32,000 bases of DNA from Candidatus Electronema halotolerans. GTDB taxonomy: Bacteria; Desulfobacterota; Desulfobulbia; Desulfobulbales; Desulfobulbaceae. Under the pieces are notes generated by a model. It had not been told where the DNA came from and searched no databases. It saw nothing but the letters and a program-made list of their open reading frames with translations. The stretch is from assembly GCA_942493095.1 (NCBI GenBank), contig OW818675.1, positions 480,001-512,000 on the forward strand, given 5' to 3'. The translations under genes and the position numbers were made by a program. Of this stretch, positions 7,227 through 15,754 are shown one piece after another. Numbering within the stretch: the stretch's first letter is position 1; the number at the start of each line of letters is the position of its first letter.

Positions 7227-9311
7227 TCAGCCCTTCTTGTTCGCGCTCTCGTATTCCTTGATCAGCTCCTCAGCCACGCTTTTCGGCACCTGCCTGTAGG
7301 AGGCGAATTCCATGCTGAACTCGGCCTTGCCCTGAGTCAGCGAGCGGAGAATGGTGGAATAGCCGAACATCTCGGAAAGCGGCATTTCCGCTTCAACCAC
7401 GGTGTAGGTGCCCTCCTCCGAGGTGCCGACAATCATGCCGCGCCGCTGATTGAGGCTGCCCATGATCGCGCCCTGGAACTCGGACGGCCCTTCCACAGCC
7501 ACTTTCATGATCGGCTCCATGATCACTGCGCCCGCCTTTTTATAGGCTTCCCTGAACGCGCCTTTGGCTGCCTGCTGGAAGGCCATGTCAGACGAGTCAA
7601 CTGCGTGATAACTGCCGTCGTTGATCAACATGCGCACCCCGGTGATGGGCGCGCCGATGAGCATGCCCTTGTCCATCGAGGCTTGGAAGCCCTTGTCGCA
7701 GGAAGGGATGAACTCACGGGGAATCGCCCCGCCGACGATCTTGTCAACAAATTCGTATTCGCCCTCTTCGAGCGGCTCCATCAAGCCTGCCACCCGGCCA
7801 AACTGACCGGAACCGCCGGTCTGCTTCTTGTGGGTGTAATCAAAGGCGGCCTGCTGGGTGATGGTCTCGCGATAGGCGACACGCGGCGCGCCGACCTCAA
7901 CCTCGGCCTTGTATTCGCGCTTCATGCGCTCAATATAGACATCCAAATGCAGCTCGCCCATGCCGGAGATGATGGTCTCGCTGGTCTCATGATCGACAAA
8001 GGACTTGAAGGTCGGGTCTTCTTTGGAGAAGCGGTTCAGGGCCTTGGAGATGTTGTCCTGGGCCTTGTTGTCCTTGGGCTTGATGGCCAGGGAGATGACC
8101 GGCGCAGGAATGTGCATCGAGGTCATGGACCAGTTGATGCGGCCATCGCAGAAGGTGTCGCCGGACGCGCAGTCAATGCCGAACAGGGCGATGATGTCGC
8201 CGGAACCAGCCTCGTCGATCTCCTCCATCTCATTGGAGTGCATCCGCACCAGACGGCCCACTTTGACCTTTTTGCCAGTGCGGGTGTTGACAATGGAATC
8301 GCCTTTCTTGATCATGCCCTGATAGGTGCGGACATACGTGAGCTGGCCGTAGCGGCCATCCTCCAGCTTGAAGGCCAAGGCAACCAACGGATCGTCCGGG
8401 TTGTTGGAGACCATGACTTCGGCCTCATTGTTGTCCAGATCAAGGGCGGTGTTCTTGATTTCCGTGGGGCTGGGCAGGTACATCTGCACTGCATCCAAAA
8501 GCGGCTGCACCCCTTTGTTCTTATACGCTGAACCAATCATGACCGGAGCAAGCTGAAGGGCGAGCGTGCCTTTGCGGATCGCGGCCTGAATTAGCTCCAC
8601 CGGAATCTCTCCCTCCTCCAGCATGGCCTCCATCAGCTCGTCCGAGAACATGGAGACCGCGTCGAGCAGCTCCTCGCGCTTGGCAGCAGCCTCGTCTTGG
8701 AGATGGGCGGGAATCTCGGCATAGCGGATATCGCGGCCCTGCTCGCCCTCAAAGTACAGCGCCTTCATAGTCACCAGATCGATCACGCCTTCCATGTCGC
8801 TTTCCAAGCCGATTGGAATCTGAATCATGACCGCATTCAGGTTCAGCTTCTCGCGGAGCTGGCGCACGACCCGCTCCGGGTTGGCGCCGGTGCGGTCGCA
8901 TTTGTTGATGAAGGCGATGCGCGGGACATTGTAGCGGGTCATCTGCCGGTCAACCGTGATGGACTGCGACTGGACCCCGCCCACGGAGCAGAGAATCAGG
9001 ATTGCCCCGTCCAGCACCCGCAGGGCGCGCTCCACCTCGACTGTGAAGTCAACGTGGCCAGGGGTGTCGATGATGTTGATGCTGGTGTCCTTCCATGAAC
9101 AGTAGGTGGCTGCGGACTGAATGGTGATGCCGCGCTCCTTTTCCAGCTCCATCGAGTCCATGGTCGCGCCCACGCCGTCCTTGCCCCGCACCTCGTGAAT
9201 GGCGTGGATGCGCTGGGTGTAATAAAGGATGCGCTCGGTGAGCGTGGTTTTGCCCGAGTCAATATGGGCGCTGATGCCGATGTTCCGCACAAACTTCAGG
9301 TCCTTGTTCAT
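7227..9311 (-). CDS. fusA: Elongation factor G, mitochondrial EF-G1 / spd-type paralogue
   Basis: I place the start at Met77 of the 770-aa track ORF (ATG at 9311, RBS GAGGAA). The sequence [70 protein letters not shown] carries the G1-G3 motifs, and the full five-domain length is 694 aa. Confidence 0.95.
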   Translation of the reverse strand: MNKDLKFVRNIGISAHIDSGKTTLTERILYYTQRIHAIHEVRGKDGVGATMDSMELEKERGITIQSAATYCSWKDTSINIIDTPGHVDFTVEVERALRVLDGAILILCSVGGVQSQSITVDRQMTRYNVPRIAFINKCDRTGANPERVVRQLREKLNLNAVMIQIPIGLESDMEGVIDLVTMKALYFEGEQGRDIRYAEIPAHLQDEAAAKREELLDAVSMFSDELMEAMLEEGEIPVELIQAAIRKGTLALQLAPVMIGSAYKNKGVQPLLDAVQMYLPSPTEIKNTALDLDNNEAEVMVSNNPDDPLVALAFKLEDGRYGQLTYVRTYQGMIKKGDSIVNTRTGKKVKVGRLVRMHSNEMEEIDEAGSGDIIALFGIDCASGDTFCDGRINWSMTSMHIPAPVISLAIKPKDNKAQDNISKALNRFSKEDPTFKSFVDHETSETIISGMGELHLDVYIERMKREYKAEVEVGAPRVAYRETITQQAAFDYTHKKQTGGSGQFGRVAGLMEPLEEGEYEFVDKIVGGAIPREFIPSCDKGFQASMDKGMLIGAPITGVRMLINDGSYHAVDSSDMAFQQAAKGAFREAYKKAGAVIMEPIMKVAVEGPSEFQGAIMGSLNQRRGMIVGTSEEGTYTVVEAEMPLSEMFGYSTILRSLTQGKAEFSMEFASYRQVPKSVAEELIKEYESANKKG

Positions 9312-9676
9312 CTCTGATTCCTCTGCTTCCTGACCGCTGCCCGGCCTGCCCCGGACGGAACGCAGCCGCCTGCCTGCAAATGTCAGTTGAAAAAAAATAA
9401 AAAAGGAGTCACAGCATTCTGCAACCCCTTGACATATATCCTCATGCCATGCTGCCGGGCCGACAGCAGCAGATGCTGGACAGCGCCAGCTTGGAAAAAT
9501 AGGTTTATATACACCAAAGCGGCAGGCGGCGCAAGGCAAAAGCGGCAGCGACCGGTCGGAAAATCAGCCTAAAAGACCACTGCCATTCATTGGCCATGAC
9601 AATGGCTCATGCAGCATGGTCGTGATCGGGAAACCATGCTCACAGGGTGATGCCCGTTTTGCATGCAGAACATGAC

Positions 9677-11575
9677 TCAGCCCTGCTGCATCAGCTCCAA
9701 GGCCGCCTTAATGATTCCGGCAGTATCAATGCCTGCATTTTTCCAGAGCATCTGCTGCGGGGCCTGCTCCACAAACTTGCTGCCATAGCCAAGGATGCGG
9801 GCCGGAATAAGCAGATGCAGCTCGTGCAGCAGCTCCAGCACTGCGCTGCCAAAGCCGCCTTTCTTGCTGTTGTCCTCCACAGTCAGCACCCGCCCGCACC
9901 TTTCCGCCCATCTGCTGATCAGCTCGTTGTCCAAGGGCCTGATGAAACGGGGATTGATCACTGCCGCCTCAATGCCGAGCTTGGCTAATCCTTCGGCAGC
10001 CTGCAAGGCTGGATAGACTCGGTTGCCGATTGGCAGCAGGAGAATGTCCCCGCCCTCCCGGAGCAGCTCGCCCTGCCCGACTGGCAGCAGGCGCAGCTCC
10101 TCATCAAGCGGCACGCCCTCGCCGCTGCCGCGTGGATAGCGGAGGGCGCAGGGGCCGTCATGATGCAGGGCAGTGTGCAGCATAAGCCGCAGCTCGTTCT
10201 CATCCTTGGGAGCCATGACCGTCAGGCCGGGGACAAAACGAAGGAAGGAAATATCAAACACGCCATGATGGGTGGGGCCGTCGTCACCGACCACGCCGGC
10301 CCGGTCAATGGCAAAGGTCACGGGCAGGCCGGGCAGACAGACATCATGAATGACCTGATCCAAGGCGCGCTGCATAAAGCTGGAATAAATCGCCGCCACA
10401 GGCCGCATTCCAGCCAAGGCCAGTCCGGCGGCAAAGGTGACAGCGTGCTGCTCGGCAATGCCGACATCAAAAAAACGCTCCGGGAAACGCTGGCTGAACT
10501 CGATCAGACCAGTGCCTGCGGGCATGGCTGCGGTGATTGCGGCCACGCGCTGGTTTGCTGCGGCAATGGAGCACAGAGTGCTGCCGAAAACCGAGGTGTA
10601 GGACGGCGGCCCGGACGGCGGCAACGGCTGGCCGTCAGCAATGGAAAATGGCCCCAGCCCGTGATAATCACCAGGGTTTTTTTCAGCAGGCTCATAGCCC
10701 TTGCCCTTGGTGGTCAGGACATGCACCAAGACTGGGCCATGACTGCTGTCGCGGATATTCTCAAAGGTTTCCAGCAGAGCTTCCAGATCATGGCCGGGAA
10801 TCGGGCCGATGTATTCAAATTTCAGAGCCTCGAAGAGCATTCCGGGAGTGAAGAAAACTTTGAGGCTTTCCTCAGACTTACGCAGGACGCTGAGAATATT
10901 CTCGCCCACTGAGCAGAGCTTCAGCCCTTCCTCAATCTGGTCCTTGAGGCGGCGCATGGTTTTGGAAGACAGCTTCCGGCTCAGAAAACTGGACAGCGCG
11001 CCGACATTGGCCGAGATGGACATCTCATTGTCATTGAGAATGACAATGAGATTTTTGTGCAGGTCGCCGGCATGATTGAGGCCTTCAAAGGCCAGCCCGC
11101 CAGTCATGGAGCCGTCGCCAATCACGGCGATGACCCGGCTGCTGTCGCCTTGCAGGTCTTGGGCAGCGGCCAGACCAAGGCTGTAGGAAATGGAAGTGGA
11201 GCTGTGGCCGGTTTCGACCACGTCGTATTCGCTTTCCGAGCGTTTGGGGAAACCGCTCAGGCCCTGATGCTGGCGCAGGGTGTGAAACTGATCCCGGCGG
11301 CCTGTGAGCAGCTTGTGCGCGTAGCATTGATGGCCCACATCCCAGATCAGCTTGTCTTCAGGCGTGTTGAAGACATAATGGAGGGCCAAGGTCAGTTCGA
11401 CCACGCCGAGGCTGGGGGCGAGATGGCCGCCGTTCACCGCCACGGTGTTGATGATTGTCTCTCTGATTTCAGCAGCGAGCAGGTACAGCTCCTCCATGTC
11501 CAGCCCGCGCATGTCCTCAGGAGCATTGATATTTGCCAGCAGGCTGACCGCTTCTTCCACAGACGGGCTGATCAT
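9677..11575 (-). CDS. dxs: 1-deoxy-D-xylulose-5-phosphate synthase
   Basis: 632 aa. It shows the TPP-binding motif [18 protein letters not shown] and other conserved strings ([54 protein letters not shown]). Confidence 0.95.
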   Translation of the reverse strand: MISPSVEEAVSLLANINAPEDMRGLDMEELYLLAAEIRETIINTVAVNGGHLAPSLGVVELTLALHYVFNTPEDKLIWDVGHQCYAHKLLTGRRDQFHTLRQHQGLSGFPKRSESEYDVVETGHSSTSISYSLGLAAAQDLQGDSSRVIAVIGDGSMTGGLAFEGLNHAGDLHKNLIVILNDNEMSISANVGALSSFLSRKLSSKTMRRLKDQIEEGLKLCSVGENILSVLRKSEESLKVFFTPGMLFEALKFEYIGPIPGHDLEALLETFENIRDSSHGPVLVHVLTTKGKGYEPAEKNPGDYHGLGPFSIADGQPLPPSGPPSYTSVFGSTLCSIAAANQRVAAITAAMPAGTGLIEFSQRFPERFFDVGIAEQHAVTFAAGLALAGMRPVAAIYSSFMQRALDQVIHDVCLPGLPVTFAIDRAGVVGDDGPTHHGVFDISFLRFVPGLTVMAPKDENELRLMLHTALHHDGPCALRYPRGSGEGVPLDEELRLLPVGQGELLREGGDILLLPIGNRVYPALQAAEGLAKLGIEAAVINPRFIRPLDNELISRWAERCGRVLTVEDNSKKGGFGSAVLELLHELHLLIPARILGYGSKFVEQAPQQMLWKNAGIDTAGIIKAALELMQQG

Positions 11576-11628
11576 GGCATAGTCCTTCGGTTGCAGGGAA
11601 CCGACATGGGTTTCTTGTTCAGATGCGG

Positions 11629-11877
11629 TTATTCAGCCGCCTCTTCTTTTGTCTGCAAGGCTGTCGCAAAAGGCGCGGCAGCAAGCCCGCCGTCTTGATG
11701 CAGGAGCAGTTCGACCTGACTGCCAGCCTCATCCAGCTTCTGGCTGCAAAATCGGACCAGCTGAAGTCCTTCATCAAATTTTTTCAACCCTGCGTCCAGC
11801 TCCGGCTCGCCCTGCTCCAGTTCAGCGACAATTTGCTCCAGTCTGGCCAAGGCGGCTTCAAAGGTCTTCTTTTTCAT
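11629..11877 (-). CDS. xseB: Exodeoxyribonuclease VII small subunit
   Basis: I place the start at the internal Met (ATG at 11877). [58 protein letters not shown] is the XseB pattern, and the 82-aa size is typical. An alternative start at 11898 is possible. Confidence 0.85.
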   Translation of the reverse strand: MKKKTFEAALARLEQIVAELEQGEPELDAGLKKFDEGLQLVRFCSQKLDEAGSQVELLLHQDGGLAAAPFATALQTKEEAAE

Positions 11878-12110
11878 AGTTCTGTCAATGCGGCGCATCT
11901 TGTCTTTGCAGGGAGCAAACATGCCCCTGCTGCGGCCAAATATTGTAAACCGGATGCCGCTGACTTTCAACTCCTTGTTGGGAATGCAGGCAGCAGGCCT
12001 GCTTGCTCCGCGCAAAAAACAGTTGAGTTCAGCGGCAGTCAATGGTTTATTAGCAGCCCAAGACAAAATGCAGTTTTTTCCATAAAACAGAATTGCGGAG
12101 GCATGAGCAG

Positions 12111-12575
12111 ATGAGTGAGGAAAATAAGGTAAATCAGCAGAATATTCCGGTATTTCGGATGCAGAAGATGTACATCAAGGACCTGTCTTTTGAAAATCCC
12201 AATGCCCCGCAGATATTCCTGCCCCAAGGTCAGGAGGCCAAGGTGGATTTCAATCTCCAGCTCAACAACAGACAGGTGGATGACGACCACTATGAGGTCT
12301 CGATTTCGGTCACGGCCAAGGTGATGGATCAGAAAGCGGATGACACCGTCATGTTTGTGATTGAGCTGGAGCATGCAGCCGTCTTTTTGCTCAAGAACAT
12401 CCCAGCAGAGCATGTTCAGCGGGTGCTGGCTGTCGATTGTCCGCTGATGCTCTTTCCCTTCACCCGCCAGATCGCCTCGCAGCTTGCTGTGGATGGCGGC
12501 TTCCTGCCTTTCCTGATGGAGCCGATCAACTTTCTCGCCCTCCACGAGCAGCGGCAGCAGAAAAAGGCTTCCTGA
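12111..12575 (+). CDS. secB: Protein-export chaperone SecB
   Basis: The ATG at 12111 is preceded by a GGAGG RBS. The sequence FRMQKMYIKDLSFENPNAPQIF... then EVSISVTAK...FVIELEHAAVF...CPLMLFPFTRQIASQLAVDGGFLPFLMEPINF is the SecB signature. Confidence 0.9.
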   Translation: MSEENKVNQQNIPVFRMQKMYIKDLSFENPNAPQIFLPQGQEAKVDFNLQLNNRQVDDDHYEVSISVTAKVMDQKADDTVMFVIELEHAAVFLLKNIPAEHVQRVLAVDCPLMLFPFTRQIASQLAVDGGFLPFLMEPINFLALHEQRQQKKAS

Positions 12576-12606
12576 ACGAATCTGGTGGCTGTTGGCGGCA
12601 AAAGAG

Positions 12607-12642
12607 AAAGAGCCGGACACCAACCGTGTCCGGCTCTTTTTT
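12607..12642. terminator. Bidirectional rho-independent terminator between secB (+) and the pilus operon (-)
   Basis: The stem GAGCCGGACAC / GTGTCCGGCTC is 11 bp with a 5-nt loop. It is flanked by a T-run on the plus strand (12637-12642) and by a T-rich run on the minus strand (complement of 12601-12609). Confidence 0.75.
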
Positions 12643-12664
12643 CTGGCAACGTTCTGTTTGGCAG

Positions 12665-13723
12665 TCAGGGCTGCTGCCGGGCCATGCCGTAGGTGACAAA
12701 ATCGTCAATCAAGGAGCTGGCCGCCTTTTTCACTGCCTGATCAAACAGATCATCATACTGGTTGTCCGCCAGCACCGACTCCGGCGCCACCCGCACTTCA
12801 ACCCGGTTGCTCCAGATCACTTGGGCATCATAGGCATCCTGCACCCATATCCGCATCTGGACAACCGCCTGATCAACTTGGCCGCTGTGCGTGGCCATGT
12901 CACCCAGCGCGCCGCCTGCCACAGACCAGACTATGGTGTTGGCTCCCTTGCCGCCGCTCACCCCGAAAAAGCCATTCGAGTCATCCGCATCCCACGGCCA
13001 GTCCGCATTGCTGCCCAGAGCGGCTCCCCATGCGCCGCCTGCAACTTTATTGCCCAAATTGTCATAGCGTTCTGAATCAGCAAAACCAAAGGCGATTCGG
13101 CTGGTTGTGCCGGTGACAAAAGGGATGATGCCGCGCTTCCGAGGATCCCAGCTGTGCTCCTGCCGGGTTCTGAATTCGAGAATCCGGCCCCGGATGATGT
13201 AGTCAGCCCCAAAATTTCGGCCAATTCTTACAACTTCCTGCGGAGTCAGGCCATGTGTGCCAGGACTGTCAACCGCAGGATTCCTGCCGCCAACCTGCTG
13301 CATGGCCTGCAAGTCAATGTAGGATCTGAGCTTCTCCTTCATTACATCGGACCAGTCAGGATCCTCCAGCTCGCTGGCAAGTGAGGATGAGCCGACATTG
13401 TTCTCGCTATAGGGCGCAAGGTTAATAATTTTCTGTTCAACCAGATGCTGAAAAACATCTTCCTGCACCGGCAGCACAAAGCCGTTGCGGCGCAGACTGT
13501 CGGTCAACGATTCCGTGATCAGCAGGTTGCGGCGGAAGGCCGAGGCAATGCGGTCGCCGCTGCTGTAGTCAGCAAAAGGCAGAATAACTGCAGTCTGTCC
13601 CCTGCCTTGCGCATCAGGTTTTTCTCCATGCGGGACCATGATGGTCTCCACCTTTGTTTGTCCGCAGCCAGCCAGCATTCCCGCCGCCAGCACTCCGATG
13701 GACAAATATTTCAACAGGCTCAT
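12665..13723 (-). CDS. Outer-membrane-associated lipoprotein, CsgG/LpoB-like by motif pattern; last gene of the pilus operon
   Basis: 352 aa with a lipobox (MLAGC). Motifs recalling CsgG/LpoB/FlgO-type lipoproteins include TAVILPFADYS, GADYIIRGRILEF, a Gly/Ala-rich middle and a late AVVQMRIWVQDAYDAQVIWS strand pair. The RBS GGGAG lies within the 31-nt gap after the secretin stop. The family call is tentative. Confidence 0.7.
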   Translation of the reverse strand: MSLLKYLSIGVLAAGMLAGCGQTKVETIMVPHGEKPDAQGRGQTAVILPFADYSSGDRIASAFRRNLLITESLTDSLRRNGFVLPVQEDVFQHLVEQKIINLAPYSENNVGSSSLASELEDPDWSDVMKEKLRSYIDLQAMQQVGGRNPAVDSPGTHGLTPQEVVRIGRNFGADYIIRGRILEFRTRQEHSWDPRKRGIIPFVTGTTSRIAFGFADSERYDNLGNKVAGGAWGAALGSNADWPWDADDSNGFFGVSGGKGANTIVWSVAGGALGDMATHSGQVDQAVVQMRIWVQDAYDAQVIWSNRVEVRVAPESVLADNQYDDLFDQAVKKAASSLIDDFVTYGMARQQP

Positions 13724-13754
13724 AGTTGCTCCCTGATAAAGGATAATTCTCTGA

Positions 13755-15734
13755 TTAGATGATGCGCGGACGCAGGAGAATGATCAGCTCACGTTTGATT
13801 TTCTTTTTCTCTTCATAGCCGAACAGGTATTTCAGATAGGGGATGTTTTCAGTGCCATGAATGAAATCTCCGTCCTTGCTTTCTGTTTCGCTGATCAGGC
13901 CGCCGACCACGAGCATGGAGCCATTTTTGATTTTCACAGTGGTGCTCATCTCCCGTTTGTTGACCACGGGCAGACCGACCTTGCCTTCGCCGACCGTGAC
14001 ATACTCAATTGGCTCAGTGAGTTCCGAAGTTATCGGCACCAGATTCATGACAATTTCATCGTTGTCTTTGACCACTGCTGACAGAGCCAGCCCCACCCCG
14101 GACAGCAGTTGCTCTGTCTCAACCTTAAAGGTGGTCTTCTGATCTTCTGTTGTCGATTCAATGCCTTTGATGAAAGTCACCTCACGGCCCACTGAAAGCA
14201 GGGCCGGCTGGCCGTTCATGACACTAATTTTCGGATTGGAAAGAATCGAGGTCTGCCCCTGCGACTTGAGCGCGTTGATGAAGGAGTCAAAGGAGAAATT
14301 GTTGATCGCAATTCCGGCAGTAGCCACATTTGCAGCCCCGCCTGTGATCAGCGTGGCAATGGTGCTGGCCCCGGTGGTTCCCATGGACAGCGCATCCGAG
14401 AGAGTGCGGGTGATGGTTTGGTCGCTGCTGCTGCCGCTGGCGGCAGCGTATAAGCTGTCAGAATCAACATCATTTCCTGATGTTTGAAAACCGTTGGAAT
14501 CAGTTTCACCTGATAAGCCAAGTGAACTGTTTTCTGTATTTGTATAATCACTGCTGTCGCTCAAAATCGTAGTGTTATTTTCACCAGATGAACTTGTGCC
14601 ATTCCAATCTGTTGTTGTGTCCGAACGGGTGTCAGAGTGAGTGTTGGAGAACGTTCTGCCTTTCTCGTCAAGGTCTTGGCGGTCTTTGCTGTAATAGCTG
14701 CTTCCCGCCAGAGATGCTCCTTGGAAGCTCAAGTTCTTCAGCAGGGTGTTCCAGTTGATGCCGAGCGACGAGCTGTCTTGGAGCTGCACCTCGATAATTT
14801 TCGCCTCAATAGTGATCTGCTTGTACAGCTCCTTCTCCAATGTGTTGAAATAGTCGGAAATTCTTTTCTGAAGCGACTTCGGCGCATGAACTGTCACCAA
14901 ACCAATGGGCCGGTCAATGGTGTACGTGGAGTCGGTTGAGGAAACTCGGCGTGACAGCGGCGCAGGCGTGACAGCCTCATCCCCTCCTGCTTTTTTAGCA
15001 GCAGCAGCAGCATCCTTTTTGTCATCTTTCGCTACCGCTGCCGATTCCTGAGTTGGCGTGATGATGCTCGAACTCCAGGTGGCAATGAGGCTGTCAAGAT
15101 TCTTCTGAATATTCTCCCAGATATCAAACTTGTTCCCTTTGCTGTCAATGCGCACGTCGCTGCCGAATGAATTGCCGCCAACACCAGCATTGTACTCTTG
15201 TTTGATAAACGGCATGGCCATATGATACTGCTTGGTCTCGCGATACTTGATGACCATAGTCGAGCCTTCCATTTCATGGAAGTAATCCAACTGACGGAGA
15301 ATATTGTCAATTGCCTCGTAAAAGTTGTCATTCGGATTCACGTCAACGTCAACAAGCAGATCCTGATTGACATCGCTGGCCCAGCTCAGACTCATATTTT
15401 TATTTTTGACAATCGCCTTCATCGCCTCCCGCAACGGGATCGGCTGGCGGGTGGTGATTTTCGCGCCGACTTTGAGCTGAAGCTCCTCAAGAGAAGCATC
15501 GCTGCCACTGATATCTGAAGTTGTGTCCTTGTCTTCGCTGATCATGTAGCCAGTGCGCTGAAAACGGTTCGGCAGCAGGGCAGGTTCAATCACAGTGCGA
15601 TGCTGAACATTTTCTGCCGCCTCATGCGATGCTGCTGTCTCCGTTTTTTTATCTTTCTCCACACAGGAAGAGAGCAGAAGCAGTGAAACAGCAGCCGCAA
15701 AAATGCCGCACAGCAGGCGCAGAGAGAGGTTCAT
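13755..15734 (-). CDS. pilQ: Secretin (lipoprotein, MshL/GspD/PilQ-like C-domain) with a low-complexity insert
   Basis: 659 aa with a lipobox (LLLSSC). It has an N0-like segment at aa 85-165 and the secretin N-domain/C-domain junction ITIEAKIIEVQLQDSSSLGINW. It also carries FINALKSQGQTSILSNPKISVMNGQPALLSVG and the C-terminal IPYLKYLFG...RELIILLRPRII. The RBS is GAGGAAAG. Confidence 0.9.
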   Translation of the reverse strand: MNLSLRLLCGIFAAAVSLLLLSSCVEKDKKTETAASHEAAENVQHRTVIEPALLPNRFQRTGYMISEDKDTTSDISGSDASLEELQLKVGAKITTRQPIPLREAMKAIVKNKNMSLSWASDVNQDLLVDVDVNPNDNFYEAIDNILRQLDYFHEMEGSTMVIKYRETKQYHMAMPFIKQEYNAGVGGNSFGSDVRIDSKGNKFDIWENIQKNLDSLIATWSSSIITPTQESAAVAKDDKKDAAAAAKKAGGDEAVTPAPLSRRVSSTDSTYTIDRPIGLVTVHAPKSLQKRISDYFNTLEKELYKQITIEAKIIEVQLQDSSSLGINWNTLLKNLSFQGASLAGSSYYSKDRQDLDEKGRTFSNTHSDTRSDTTTDWNGTSSSGENNTTILSDSSDYTNTENSSLGLSGETDSNGFQTSGNDVDSDSLYAAASGSSSDQTITRTLSDALSMGTTGASTIATLITGGAANVATAGIAINNFSFDSFINALKSQGQTSILSNPKISVMNGQPALLSVGREVTFIKGIESTTEDQKTTFKVETEQLLSGVGLALSAVVKDNDEIVMNLVPITSELTEPIEYVTVGEGKVGLPVVNKREMSTTVKIKNGSMLVVGGLISETESKDGDFIHGTENIPYLKYLFGYEEKKKIKRELIILLRPRII

Positions 15735-15754
15735 TGCACTTTCCTCTGATTATT

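Noticed and set aside
6984-8531. The 515-aa plus-strand ORF.
   Set aside because: It is entirely antisense to fusA and the KaiC-like gene. Its composition (His/Arg/Gly/Ala-rich, no motifs) is typical of shadow frames in GC-rich coding DNA.
9312-9539. The 76-codon N-terminal extension of the EF-G ORF in the track (770 aa).
   Set aside because: The extension is Cys/Arg/Trp-rich junk and contains the A/T homopolymer region. The conserved EF-G N-terminus begins at Met77, which has a GAGGAA RBS.
10160-10912. The 250-aa plus-strand ORF and other long ORFs antisense to dxs. The same pattern appears at 12039-12623 (-) opposite secB, 22925-23572 (-) and 23509-24084 (-) opposite atpF2/atpF, and 25699-26247 (-) and 26537-27025 (-) opposite atpA/atpG.
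   Set aside because: All lie opposite genes with unambiguous conserved protein signatures. They have no recognisable motifs and no RBS. They are shadow ORFs.
11878-12066. The long form (145 aa) of the xseB ORF.
   Set aside because: The extra 63 residues have no XseB similarity. The typical 80-aa protein begins at [10 protein letters not shown]. The long form would also run into the secB promoter and RBS region.
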